This document shows positions 26,301 to 38,525 of a stretch of 64,000 nucleotides of DNA, piece by piece. The stretch comes from Bugula neritina (taxonomy: Eukaryota > Animalia > Bryozoa), in assembly GCA_964035545.1 (NCBI GenBank), contig OZ037765.1:186001-250000 (forward strand), read 5' to 3'. Position numbers and translations under genes: made by a program. Every line of letters starts with the position of its first letter. Positions within the stretch are counted from its first letter, which is position 1. The notes below the pieces were generated by a model. It was not told where the DNA came from. It made no database searches and saw only the letters and a program-made list of their open reading frames with translations.

Positions 26301-28262
26301 GTTCATTGCGTCCATGCTTTTGCCTTTTACGATGCTTCTCACAGATGATACAGACTTGTGGTAGGACATTTGATGTCATTTTGAGATTAGCTTTAGACCT
26401 TGTATATTTCACAGCAGGCTCATCATCACCTCTACTCTGTGATTCTTCCTCTGATACATGGAGTACCTAGTAAAGTACCATATGAATGTAAAGTGTTATA
26501 CAATGTCAGCCATGTTTATTTTATTAAACAAACAAAAAAATTAATTTAAAATTGTATTTGCATTGATTATATTCAATTAGTAATTAATATAAATATTATT
26601 ATTATAATATAATTATACTGTTTATCATCACAATGATTATAATACTAACTATACTATAATAATTATATTGATGCTAGGTTAAAAGTTTTTATATGGCAAA
26701 ATTGTATATAAAATATTAAAATCAAAAATAACACAGGTTATAATAATAAAACATTAGGATAATTTAATACATAAATATTAATATCTATTATATTTTATTC
26801 ATTTATCAATATAATTAATAATTCAATATATGATATTTATTTCATAATAATAATATAACTGCATGTATCAGTATGTATTAATTATAATTTATTGTTATAA
26901 GTTGAATAAAAATATATTTAAAATTAAAAATAATCTTACTAAATTGCTAAATACCACACACCTTTCTCTTAGAAGACATAGCTCTTTCTAGCTTGCTTTT
27001 AGCACAAAATCTAGCATAGCATTGTGCATGGTAATATCTATGACTTTGACTAGTATCACATTTTGATTTTTGACCTTCTGGATCTAGACCTAGTTCATCA
27101 GGCAAAAACTTGTTGGCAATAGCACACTCAGGCTGTTTTAGAGTTGGTAGCCAAGAGTTGGCAATTGCTTTTGTTTTTTCTAACTTTTCTCCTTCCAATA
27201 TCAGCAGTGTTTCATTTGCAATTTGTAATGAATAGCACATTTCATGATCAGCTAAAATTTGTTCATGCTTACAAACAGGAAGTGAAAAATATGGATGAAT
27301 ATTTGAACAGTTGTATTTAGCCTAAGTAATCAAAATAAATTAAAAGGGTCTATGTTAGCGTCCCGCTTATATTCTTTTTTAAGGATTAGAACCTCAACTA
27401 TGTTTTTAAATTGAGAGCATAACTCCTAATACTTTGCTTTAAGAATTTCGGCTTTTAATTCTAAAAATTAAGGGTGAAAGCCACAACTAGGTTAAGGTAC
27501 AGTATTTTTTTCATGTTCAGCATATTTCAATTGACCAAAAAAGTGTTTCAGAAAGTATCTACATGAAATTTTTTACGAACTTGAAAGATAAACCTCAGTT
27601 GCCACCAGACTATCAGAAATTATGTAACATGACATATGATTTGTCTATAAGCTAACACACTACCATACTATATATTCACATGTAAAATGTAGTACATCCT
27701 ATATATATAAATATATAATATTGATACATACTGTATAGTATACATACATACAACTAGGTATTATAATACACATAACATGCTATACATAATATACATACAT
27801 ACCATATATTACATACATATACAAATTATGTATAACATACATACGTACTATAGGTGTATATATAATATACATACTACTATGCATGTATAATATACATGTA
27901 TAATATACATATTATATAGCTGTTGATAATATGATATCTATCTCAACAAATGTAATACACCTCAACCTTGTAGTTACCATTTCATTCATAAATTACAAAA
28001 CAAAAAGCAAAACTCCAGTTGCTACAATTAGCAGAAGACTGTTTTGTCTTAGATTTAGACTGACTAGCAGTCCTCCACTGTTTGGCTACAATACTGAAAC
28101 ACTCAAAACAGTTTTGGTATATAAATATTCCTTCCATGACTTTCATAGCTTTATTCTAACCCCCCAAACTGGTAGTCAATTAAACTTTCTAGATCTTTCC
28201 AGTGAAGCAGCAGTAATAAGTATGAATTCTCACCGTTGGAGAGGTGTGCTGTCGCTATCCAT
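22625..28262 (-). CDS. Duplicate exon 1 (28234-28262) and exon 2 (22625-22832) of the pore-forming protein gene; potential alternative 5' end
   Basis: Open frames and intact splice sites; one amino-acid difference (YERH vs YGRH). Confidence 0.65.
22984..23837. mobile_element. PIF/Harbinger-type MITE, 854 bp
   Basis: TIR AGCCCTGGCCACACGATCGTGAGAAT(C/G)ACACGAAA; TTA TSD (22981-22983, 23838-23840). Empty site GTAAG-TTA-ATCTAC in copy A at ~20608-20621. Internal (TA)n. Confidence 0.9.
24078..27612 (-). mobile_element. Academ (AcademX-type) DNA transposon, internally deleted, 3.5 kb
   Basis: TIR TAGTCYGGTGGCAA with imperfect extension; 3-bp TSD TCA confirmed by the empty site in copy A. ORF remnants: ALEVKYHNSC, HATGSKYLIHLLNGMGH, DNID, RANYQTKVW...GW and a C-terminal Cys-rich CSCKKTNCKGGKCLC...CTALCSCLNCEN domain. 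Confidence 0.8.
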
Positions 28263-30148
28263 ACTACAGCCCAGTCCGTCAGTATACCCTCTCAACTCAC
28301 TCTGTAACATGCTACAGCTCATGAATTATATATTAATTTATAGCAGCCAATACAATCAAACAGAAACTACTAACACAATAATACCAGTGTTCTCCCCAGC
28401 TGGCACAAGGGTGGTGCTACAGTAGTGTAACATTTCAACTGGTCTCCCCAACTGGTACAAGGGTGGCACTGAAACTAATTTCAAATACTATATTATAATA
28501 ATAACTATATACCAATTACCATAATAAATATACTGTACTATATATAATAGAGCATTGATAATCAACTGTAGTGAGAAACGTGGAGTGAGAATTGAGTTGT
28601 GAATGAATATCGCAAAGATATTTCATAAAAGATTTATCACAAAATTAAACAACACAATATTATCTTACAGATACCCCCAACACTGTCACCCACCTTTTAT
28701 TCCTACCTCCTATCACCAAAGAGTACCCCTGTCAATAGCCAATCAGGTTATAGTCTATAAGAAGTGGTGGTATATGTAGAGTGACACTAGATATGAACGA
28801 ATGGAGGGAAAGTAGCTGTTATTTACAAGCTTAGCTGTGCTTTATATTGCTCTTTTGGAGCCTTGGCTATATTTCTACAGCTTCTCAAAATAAACTAAAG
28901 CACTCCCTAGACTTCTTCCATATAGTTACTAAATACTCTACAAAGTTTAAGAACTGCATGCTTAGAAACACTGGTGATGTCATAGTTTTGGGGAGACAAC
29001 TCCAAACTTTATAACTTATTTAATATCATAACTTGGTAGCATAAAAATTTTAAACCATAGGAATGGCTGTTTATAACACTTGCGCCACTAATTTAGTTGA
29101 ATATCAAGCTGCATAATCTGCTGAACAAAAATCAATACAATTTTTAAATTTCTAACCCTATTCGAAGAATAAAATTTTTTTAGTGAAATAAAGAGATAAG
29201 ACACAAAAACCACTCAAGTATACCAACAGATGTGTTTAGTATATACTGTAATGTTGATTATATTTCATAACATCACGGTGTTGTTTATTGTATATGGAGA
29301 AGTCCTCACCTCACCTCTCTCCTATTCTGTTCTGGTATAGCGTGATTTTATATAGAGAAGTGGTTACGGTAATAGAGATCTTCTCAAGATAGTAAATTCA
29401 TGTAGCAGTTGTCTTCACTTCCTGGCCAGTGTTTAGTTTCTCAGTTCACTATTTTCCAGACAGCAACAGATCACTTGATAATAGGAGTTGTCTTCCCTGC
29501 TTTACTATAAACTTGTTATAAGGGCAAACAACATAAAGCTCGGTGCAGGTTTTGAGTGGGACATCAATTACAATCCTCTTTGACAAGAGAGTTAGCACAC
29601 AGCAGAAGTGATCTGGTTCAGTCGCATCAACAGGATGTGATCTGTTAACAGGAAACGGCCTTCTGTATCTTCACATCTCTCTGATCTAAACTTACACCCA
29701 CTCTTTTGAACAGCAGTTCAGTTAGATTTAAAGTAGATCAATAATTCATATAAAAAACTTTATGCATTAATGTAAGTCATGTTTTAAACAATGTTGATTA
29801 TAATCGCAATGAAAGCAAAACATTATAGGTACTGGAAGACTTGAACTGGAAACAAACTTTTAATTGATTTTTTTTTGTAGATTTATTTTATTGAATTTGA
29901 ACTACAACCATCATAAAAATATAAAATCTGAAAATGTTTGTGCGTATAATAGAATAAAATGCAAAGTGTTAAAAAAGTTCTTGTTTATTGTGATTGGCTG
30001 ACTCTAAAAACACTTGGCCAATCAGAACAACTCTCAAGTGTATTCAGTTTTGCTAGACTCATGAGATGAAGTAAGGGGGGACAGAAGGGTTAGAACAGGT
30101 GATTGCATGTCGGTGAATGTCACAATCAAAGTTTTCTACCAGCAGTCG

Positions 30149-30453
30149 GTGTCAGATTATGACTCATCTAGTTGAGTATCAGATTATGACTCATCTAGTT
30201 GGGTGTCAGATTATGACTCATCTAGTTGGGTGTCAGATTATGACTCATCTAGTTGGGTGTCAAATTATGACACATCTAGTTGAGGTGTCAGATTATGACT
30301 CATTATCTTAGGTGTCAGATTATGACTCATTTAGTTGGGTGTCAGATTATGACTCATCTAGTTGGGTGTCAGGTTATGACTCATCTAGTTGGGTGTCATA
30401 TTATGACTCATCTAGTTGGGTGTCATATTATGACACATCTAGTTAGGTGTCAG
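30149..30453. repeat. 27-bp minisatellite containing ATGACTCAT, ~11 copies, 3' of Ig gene 1
   Basis: Direct inspection. Confidence 0.95.
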
Positions 30454-30532
30454 ACTGCTGGTTAGTTGATCCAGAGAAAGAAAGTTATTTGTAATTAGAA
30501 CTTCAGAAGATAGAAATTTGTTGAGGGTTCAA

Positions 30533-33500
30533 TCACAGCATCATGTAGCCGGTTGATGATATAACGAGAAATTGAAGAGAAAGTAGCAAAGTTGAACCGC
30601 TGTTACTACCATTTCCCTCGACTGTAGTTGGACCTGCATCTAAAAATAAAAGCACATAAATGAATAAACTTACCCTGAACAGTATGAAAAAATATTTCAA
30701 AAATTATTTTTGGTGTTGAATTTTACGAATTCAAAAACTGATACAAATTTTAGTCATGCAAACATCCATCAACATAGTAATACATTTTGAAGGAGAAATC
30801 ACGCTGAATGTGGGGTTTGTACCCTCAAGAGTCAAGCTAATAATTTAGTTAGAAGTGTGGACTAAGCTCCTGCACTGTTGGACGAACCCCTCGCAAAGCT
30901 AACTACTGAGTACAGGATGTGCACAACTTACTTACTGTAGAATAGAAAGCTCCTGAGAGTTATTATGACTTATAATGAACTTCTAAATTACTATAAGTTA
31001 CATCTATAATTAACTTTCTATTTAATATTTAAAGTAGTAAAACAGGTTGCTACTAGCTGGTCTAAACTGTTATTATTTGTGTGTTTTTAAGCAAAGCAGA
31101 AACCATGTGTGTAGATGAGTCATAGTAATGAGACACACACCTTTAGGTTTAAGTTGAGTTGTAAAACTCTGAACACCTCCTGAGTTTCTTGCCTCCAGAA
31201 CATAAGGCCCAAAGGACTTCTCACCTCTGACCTTTACTGTCAGCATGGCTCTAGATACTTTCCCTTCCGTCAGCTCCACCTGCAAGATGATACACCATGA
31301 ATATACAGCCAGAGTATACAGGTAGAACATAAAGGTAAAACATAAAAGTAGAATATAATTATACAGCTCATATAAAGTAAACATGCTGAACTCCGTACCG
31401 AGCTAGTCAACCCTTCAACCACCAGCTCCATCTGCCCTCCGATGTTTCCTGCCGGAGTTCTCCAGCTTATCTCACTGACGTCTGGCAAGGTGTTGCTCGA
31501 AATGTTGCAAACGATTTCGGTTTCTGTCTCTTCTTCTGCTACTATAACAGACTCTGGGCAGGAGAGCTGAGGAGGGGCTGGAAGATGGAGAATAAAACAG
31601 CATCTTATTGGTTGATACACAGGCAGCAATTTCTGCTAATATTTATCAGAGGACACACAGACAGACACACAGTCAGACACACAGACAGACACACAGACAG
31701 ACAGACAGACACACAGATGATAGTGCCGACAGCTTTAAAACTAGAAACTTGTTTTGTCATTCAATGAAAGTTTAAACCAATTCCTATTCTGTTCAGATAT
31801 TTCTTTCGTCGTCAACAAATATCACTCTAAAACTTAGCAGCTGCAGGTTGTGTTGTTCTCAGACTAGCCCAGCTTACCGTGGATGACGAGCTCTGCGGTG
31901 TGCTCCACTGCCTCCTTCTCGTAGCCTGAGACAACTGCCTGGCAGGTAATATTCTCTCCGTCTTGAGAAGGTTTGAAGGTATAGAGTACATGTCCTTCAT
32001 ACTGGGTCTCTACCCCTGATTTAGGCTCTACCGTGTCGCTACAATGTATAGGATATTTCTACAGCTACACTACAGTGTATAAGATATTTCTACAGCTACA
32101 CTACAATATGTAGGACATTTCTACAGCTACACTACAATGTGTAGAATATTTCTACAGCTACACTACAATGTATAGGGTATTTCTACAGCTACACTACAAT
32201 GTGTAGGATATTTCTACAGCTACACTACAGTGTATAAGATATTTCTACAGTTACACTACAATGTGTAGGACATTTCTACAGCTACACTACAATGTGTAGC
32301 GCATTTCTACATACTATAGTAGTACAAGATAATATAATATAATGATGAACTAATGTATTGTCCATGATGACCACAAAATGGGAGTTTTCTACTCACAATG
32401 GGGTGATTTCATCACCAATTATGAGATTCATAGCCGGAAGACTGCCATTATAAGCTGAACAGATGACTTCTATTTCATTGCCGTCCCCTATTGTAGCGTA
32501 CCTTCCTTCTGACACTCCGTCTATTTCCACCTTCCCAGTGTTCTCTACAATTCATATTGAAAATCTCCAGTGCCTACAGCCACAACCTACACTCTGTAGT
32601 CAACATGAGACACACTCTGTAGTCAACATGAGACACACTCTGTAGTCAACATGAGACACACTCTGTAGTCAACATGAGACACACTCTGTAGTCAACATGA
32701 GACACACTCTGTAGTCAACATGAGACACACTCTGTAGTCAACATGAGACACACTCTGTAGTCAACAGGAGACACACTCTGTAGTCAACATGAGACACACT
32801 CTGTAGTCAACACGAGACACACTCTGTAGTCAACATGAGACACACTCTGTAGTCAACATGAGACACACTCTGTAGTCAACATGAGACACACTCTGTAGTC
32901 AACATGAGACACAACCTTCACTCTGTAGTCAACATGAGACATATAGCAATGAATCCTTACCAAACACGTCGAGTCTCACTGAGGTTGGCGTGACGATGGG
33001 GGTGTGGTCATCTGCCTCGCAGGAATAGTCCCCGGCATCAATCAGTCTGACCCCTGCGGCAGCATAACACACGGCAGCGTAACACACAGTATAGTAATAC
33101 ACAGTATAGTAATACACAGTATAGTATACACAGTATAGTAATACACAGTATAGTAATACACAGTATAGTAATACACGGTATAGTAATACACAGTATGGTA
33201 TACACAGTATAGTAATACACAGTATAGTAATACACAGTATAGTAATACACAGTATAGTAATACACAGTATAGTATAATACACAGTATAGTATAATACACA
33301 GTATAGTAATACACAGTATAGTAATACACAGTATAGTAATACACAGTATAGTAATACACAGTATAGTAATACACAGTATAGTAATACACAGTATAGTAAT
33401 ACACAGTATAGTAATACACAGTATAGTAATACACAGTATAGTAATACACAGTATAGTAATACACAGTATAGTAATACACAGTATAGTATAATACACAGTA

Positions 33501-36500
33501 TAGTATAATATACAGTATAGTAATACACAGTATAGTAATACACAGTATAGTAATACACAGTATAGTAATACACAGTATAGTAATACACAGTATAGTAATA
33601 CACAGTATAGTAATACACAGTATAGTAATACACAGTATAGTAATACACAGTATAGTAATACACAGTATAGTAATACACAGTATAGTAATACACGGTATAG
33701 TAATACACGGTATAGTAATACACAGTATGGTAATTTACACAGTATGGTAATACACAGTATGGTAATACACAGTATGGTAATACACAGTATAGTAATACAC
33801 AGTATGGTAATACACAGTATAGTAATACACACAGTAAAGAGTATCACAAACAGGGAGTTATCTCACCTGTAATATTGAAGCTAAGATGGTAGGGCAACTC
33901 CCAGAAGAACTCGCCGTTGTAGTGATCAGGGGAGTCTACCCAGGGACTGTTAATGGTAGCAGGAACTATAACGGCTTGTTTCTCGCCTCCAGACTTGGGC
34001 AGAAACTTGAGACTTAAGATCTGCTTGGGGTGGTTGAAGTCGTCATATTCACACTTTATGAAGACTGAGTCTCCTATCTTAGCCGATATGTTTCCCCCAT
34101 CAGACACGGGGCGCTCCCCCACCAGCCCCATCTGTATAATAGTTGTGTTGACTCCGAGCCCTAAAATACAGATTACTGAGTGATAGTGACTTCATGTTAA
34201 GAGTATCGGAGTTTTATAACCTCATATATATGTCATCATACTGAATCTAAGTGGTACAACAACAGAGGTGGTACAACAGCAGAGGTGGTACAACAACAGA
34301 GGTGGTACAACAACAGAGGTGGTACAACAACAGAGGTGGTACAACAACAGAGGTGGTACAACAACAGAGGTGGTACAAAAACAGAGGTGGTACAACAACA
34401 GAGGTGGTACAATATGAAGGTCTTATCAGTCAAACAAGGAAATGTGACTGTGCCACTTATCTGACAATTATTACATATTTTGTTGAAATTTTTCCAAAAA
34501 ATATTTTGTTGAATTTGCGCTGCCCTAAACAGATTTAGCAAGAGAAATGCCGTAGATAAGGACTTCCAGTTACGAAATAGAAAGACATTGCATCTCCTTG
34601 TGTTATGAGACAAACCACTCAACATTTCATCTGATCAACTCATGGAAACTACAAGTGTCTTGGAACTCATCCAAATAGTTTAAACTTCTGCCACAAAAAT
34701 CAGCAAATGACTCCTAGGGGTTGAGATATTCTTACACAGTTTATGGTAAGTGTCAACTGTAAGCATGCACGGCATGTTGCAAAGATTTTCGAGACAATTC
34801 TGGAGGAAAGTCTATTCATATGTAGCAACATTTATTGAAACATCCTAGTGTGCCGTGAGTTTGGAGTGGCTGGTTTAACCCCACACTCTGGTCTACTCAC
34901 TAGATATCTAGCTAAGACCACATCTCTGCATGATGTCACCACCTGTCACCACCTGTCAGTTACCTGTTTACCTACTGGTTAGTCAACAGGAATATCTCAT
35001 ATCTCTGTTGACAGGAGAGAATTGAGCATGCTCAAAGGAACACAAATATTAGCATAATATGTTATTGTGGACTTCTATTAAAACACGTTCAGTGTTTGCC
35101 TCTATCAACTAGGTTATTAGGGAAAATGTCTGAGGTAAGGCAACACCCATCTGATATCTGATGGTATGATGTAGTCTGACAATACCATCTCCACTATAAG
35201 GGCTTAACTTTTATGTTAATTATTGCAGGAATCAACTAAAACCATTAGAAACTAGCTGTATTAAAAACTCATTTACTATGTACACGGCAGTCAGTGTTTT
35301 AGTCCCACCATCTTTCAAACTCATATCAAGCTTTTGTCAAGGGGGACAATTCCACGTCTTAGAACTAAATGCTGCCACCTATAACTGTATCTTGACAAAT
35401 ATTTCAACACACACCATATCACGAGCCTTCACAGCTTCCGGTAGGTAAATCCAACGATCCCAAATTTACCTGCAGCCCATGTATGCACCCAGAAAGAGGC
35501 CAACCTGCCTACACAGAAAGGCGTATAGACAGCAGTCTTAGTCTTTAGTATCACTTCTCAACATCTCTACTAACATCTCCACAAATATCGGCACTTTTAA
35601 TCACGCATTATTATTCTGACCATCCCCTGTGACAGCTTGCCTCTAATAAATCATTATACCACCAGCCATTGCTTAACTCCCAGATCTTCCAGGTCTGCCT
35701 GGTAACTAGTTACTAGTTGGTGTTATGAGACTTTCTAATCTTTAGAATGGATTACCTACACAGTTACTGCAGCACAGTTATTGCAGTGTTAGCTGTGAGT
35801 GTAGATGTTTCTGTCTATTTATAGCATATAAATGTGACCATGGCTCCCTGCTTTGACTGTAGATGCCTCTTCATACTTATTTCTATAAACTTTTTGTAGA
35901 AAATTGCCAACACCAAAAGACAGCATTACCACTACTAAGTTATTGAAAGTGAGAAACTGTTACATAACCCTGGAAGTCATAAAATAGTCACCTATTACCA
36001 TGATTCTTGGTTATGTTCTAATAAAAGTTTAGAATGGAAACTTTTATTATACTTCTATTAGCTTACATAAACTAACACACTTTGTGCAGAGAAATCTATA
36101 CAAAGTGATGGCACTTGAAGTAATAATACTTGTGTAGGAACTCCGTAATAGACTTCATTGTACCAACACCATTCACTGAAATGGTCCAAAACTGCTAAAA
36201 ATTTACCTATAAAAAGGCAAGTAGCTGTTGAATAATTTACTGATTTTCTAGTTAAATAACCAGTTTCCTATCATTAGCAAAAACTAGTCATACAGAAGAC
36301 GAGTGGTGAGAAAACCTGCCCTTTACTTTATACTTTATATTCTAGAAGTTATGCTAGCCAACTGTACCATACTTATACTTTGTCACTCTGTATAACACAT
36401 TTTGTTGGTTAAGATAATACAAGAATGGATGACAGAAATTTAATACCAACAAAGAATTCAAATTAAAAAAATTGATCATAAATTTATTTTCGGCTTTTGT

Positions 36501-37635
36501 AATCAGAATGAGAGTTGGAACGAAGCATTTCCTAAAATTGACACTATTTATCTCATCAGTCAGTCTTTCTAGCCCTTTCTATATAACAACACTTCACTTT
36601 TGTTTACAGTTCGAATTAAATCATTCTTCTAAAGAGTTAAATAAATTGTTTACTTTATTTTATTCTATCATTTTAATCAGCACTAATTACTAAAGACAGC
36701 CAAAGTAAAGTATTGTTATGTAATACAATTTGTTTCACTTTGAATGTTCAATAAATATTTTATTTTAATAGTTTCTATGTTTGGCTTGTAAACACTGAGT
36801 TTAAGCTGTTGTTTGTTTGTTTCTTTTATCTCCACAACAAAGAGGAGAGTGGCAGCAGCTTCAAGTACCTCTACATGAGTCGCTGCTGACTCTGAGTAGT
36901 CAAGGAACTTGAGTCTGTAGTGATGCCCGGCAGCATTCCTGATTCTACACACTGTCTATTATTCTATACACTGTCTGTAATTCTATACACTGTCTGTAAT
37001 TCTATACACTGTCTATTATTCTACACTGTCTATTATTCTACACTGTCTATAATTCTACAATGTCTATGATTCTATACACTGTCTATTATTCTACACTGTC
37101 TATGATTCTATACACTGTCTATAATTCTACACTATCTATGATTCTATACACTGTCTATTATTCTACAGTGATTGCTAATAATCCTTCAACTTAGGGTTCT
37201 CTAATTTCACTGGGTAAAAACTTTTGGAATTTCTGATAATTTAAACTACTGAGAAAAATATTTGCTAATTAAATACTTTCAATATTACAACATTTACACC
37301 TCAACCCAATAACTATTAAGATATTATAGGTTTATATATCTATATGCTTAATGGAGCAGTAATGTCATATCTACATAATATACTGTATTAGCAGCTCAAA
37401 TTACTTTGTGTTGTTAGGAAGAGTATTAACACTATTACACATGTATAAGTTATGTCTGCTTGGTAACAATTCTAAATGTGATATAAAGTTCCAACTTCTT
37501 AGGTAATTTAAATACAAACAAACACAAAGGCTCATGAAACACTCCTTTCAGCTCTAACTCACCATAGGTGTAGGGTAATAATCCTAGGAGCAGGGCTGTC
37601 ACCGTGTATAATGTCATGCTGTCTCGTGATGTCAT
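30533..37635 (-). CDS. Three-Ig-domain, probably GPI-anchored cell-surface protein (IgLON/lachesin-like architecture), paralog 1
   Basis: Signal MTLYTVTALLLGLLPYTY; Ig1 GDSVFIKC...DAGDYSCEA; Ig2 EVICSA...DGENITCQA; Ig3 EIVCNISSN...SFGPYVLEARN; hydrophobic tail GSNSGSTLLLSLQFLVISSTGYMML*. Exons near 37562-37635, 33868-34160, 32961-33053, 32397-32543, 31878-32038, 31398-31578, 31141-31279, 30533-30639. Confidence 0.8.
32039..32311 (-). repeat. 31-bp intronic minisatellite whose last unit provides the acceptor (CATTGTAG|), ~9 copies
   Basis: Direct inspection. Confidence 0.9.
32589..32941. repeat. 23-bp intronic minisatellite (CTCTGTAGTCAACATGAGACACA), ~15 copies
   Basis: Direct inspection. 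Confidence 0.95.
33066..33836. repeat. 15-bp intronic minisatellite (ACACAGTATAGTAAT), ~50 copies
   Basis: Direct inspection; explains the YYYTV/CITIL ORFs. Confidence 0.95.
34251..34412. repeat. 17-bp intronic minisatellite (GTGGTACAACAACAGAG)
   Basis: Direct inspection. Confidence 0.95.
36943..37168. repeat. 17-19-bp intronic minisatellite (ATTCTA(TA)CACTGTCTATT)
   Basis: Direct inspection. Confidence 0.9.
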
Positions 37636-38525
37636 GCTGCCGGTAATGATGTGCAAACCAAGTGGTAGAATAAAGTCTCAGCAACTAAACGTAAGGAAGT
37701 AACCTTCTGCTAATAAGTGAAGCTCCTTGACTGCTTACTCTGTCTCACTGAGAGTTGAGCTTGCAGAGAGAGGGCTTAGCAGGATTCTATTGGCTGGATA
37801 ATAAGAATGGACCAATCAAATGCATTCAACAAGTAGTTGCCGTGCAAGCAGCAGGGCTGGTTGAGAAAAAGCCACCAATTAGAATGCTGCTATTTATAGC
37901 CATTAGCTGGGTGGTTGATTAGACAAGCAGACTTCATATAGCTTCGCTTATGGTTGTATTAAGGAAGAAAGAACTGACTTAAAGGGCATACAATGACATC
38001 AAGTTTAGAAACATAAACATTATTTCTCTTACAGAACTAGAAATTTTCCAGTCAAGCCTGGTGGGTGTGAGTGTTAAGAAGTATGTAGAGGTGTGTCTAA
38101 TGTAGAGGTGTGTCTATGTGCTAGTGGAATAAACGTGACAGATTTATTTGGTGGCAAAAAATAATTTATTATTCATAATTCAAGTGTGCATGACGCAGCT
38201 CCCCCAGCACAATAAATACTTAGCAAAGAGAGAAATAGATGTAGAGGTTGTGTTGAGTTGCCATAGCAACATAGCAGTGAGCTAATATATCCATAAGCTG
38301 TGGTTGTAAGGCTGAGAGTTATGACTAAGTAATAAGGACTATCCCAGCATCAGCACCTTCCAGCACCTTCTAGCACCTTCTAGCACCTTCTAGCACCTTC
38401 TAGCACCTTCCAGCACCTTCCAGCGTGTGACTAACACCCAGTTTCTGGTTACACTGTTTGCCGGTACATAATTTCAAGTTTCTGATTTTCATGAAGTGAA
38501 TTCTTTCATGACAAAGTGCTTGGAT

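Larger units (their letters stand above)
19683..28794. repeat. Tandem segmental duplication of a ~2.29-kb unit (copy A 19683-21968; copy B 21969-28794 including two TE insertions)
   Basis: Near-identical sequence, duplicated ORFs in the track, and TAGATAT microhomology at 19683, 21969 and 28788. Confidence 0.95.

Noticed and set aside
32929-33847. YYYTV/CITIL/VLLYC repeat ORFs
   Set aside because: 15-bp array in an Ig-gene intron; only the last ~30 codons are a real exon
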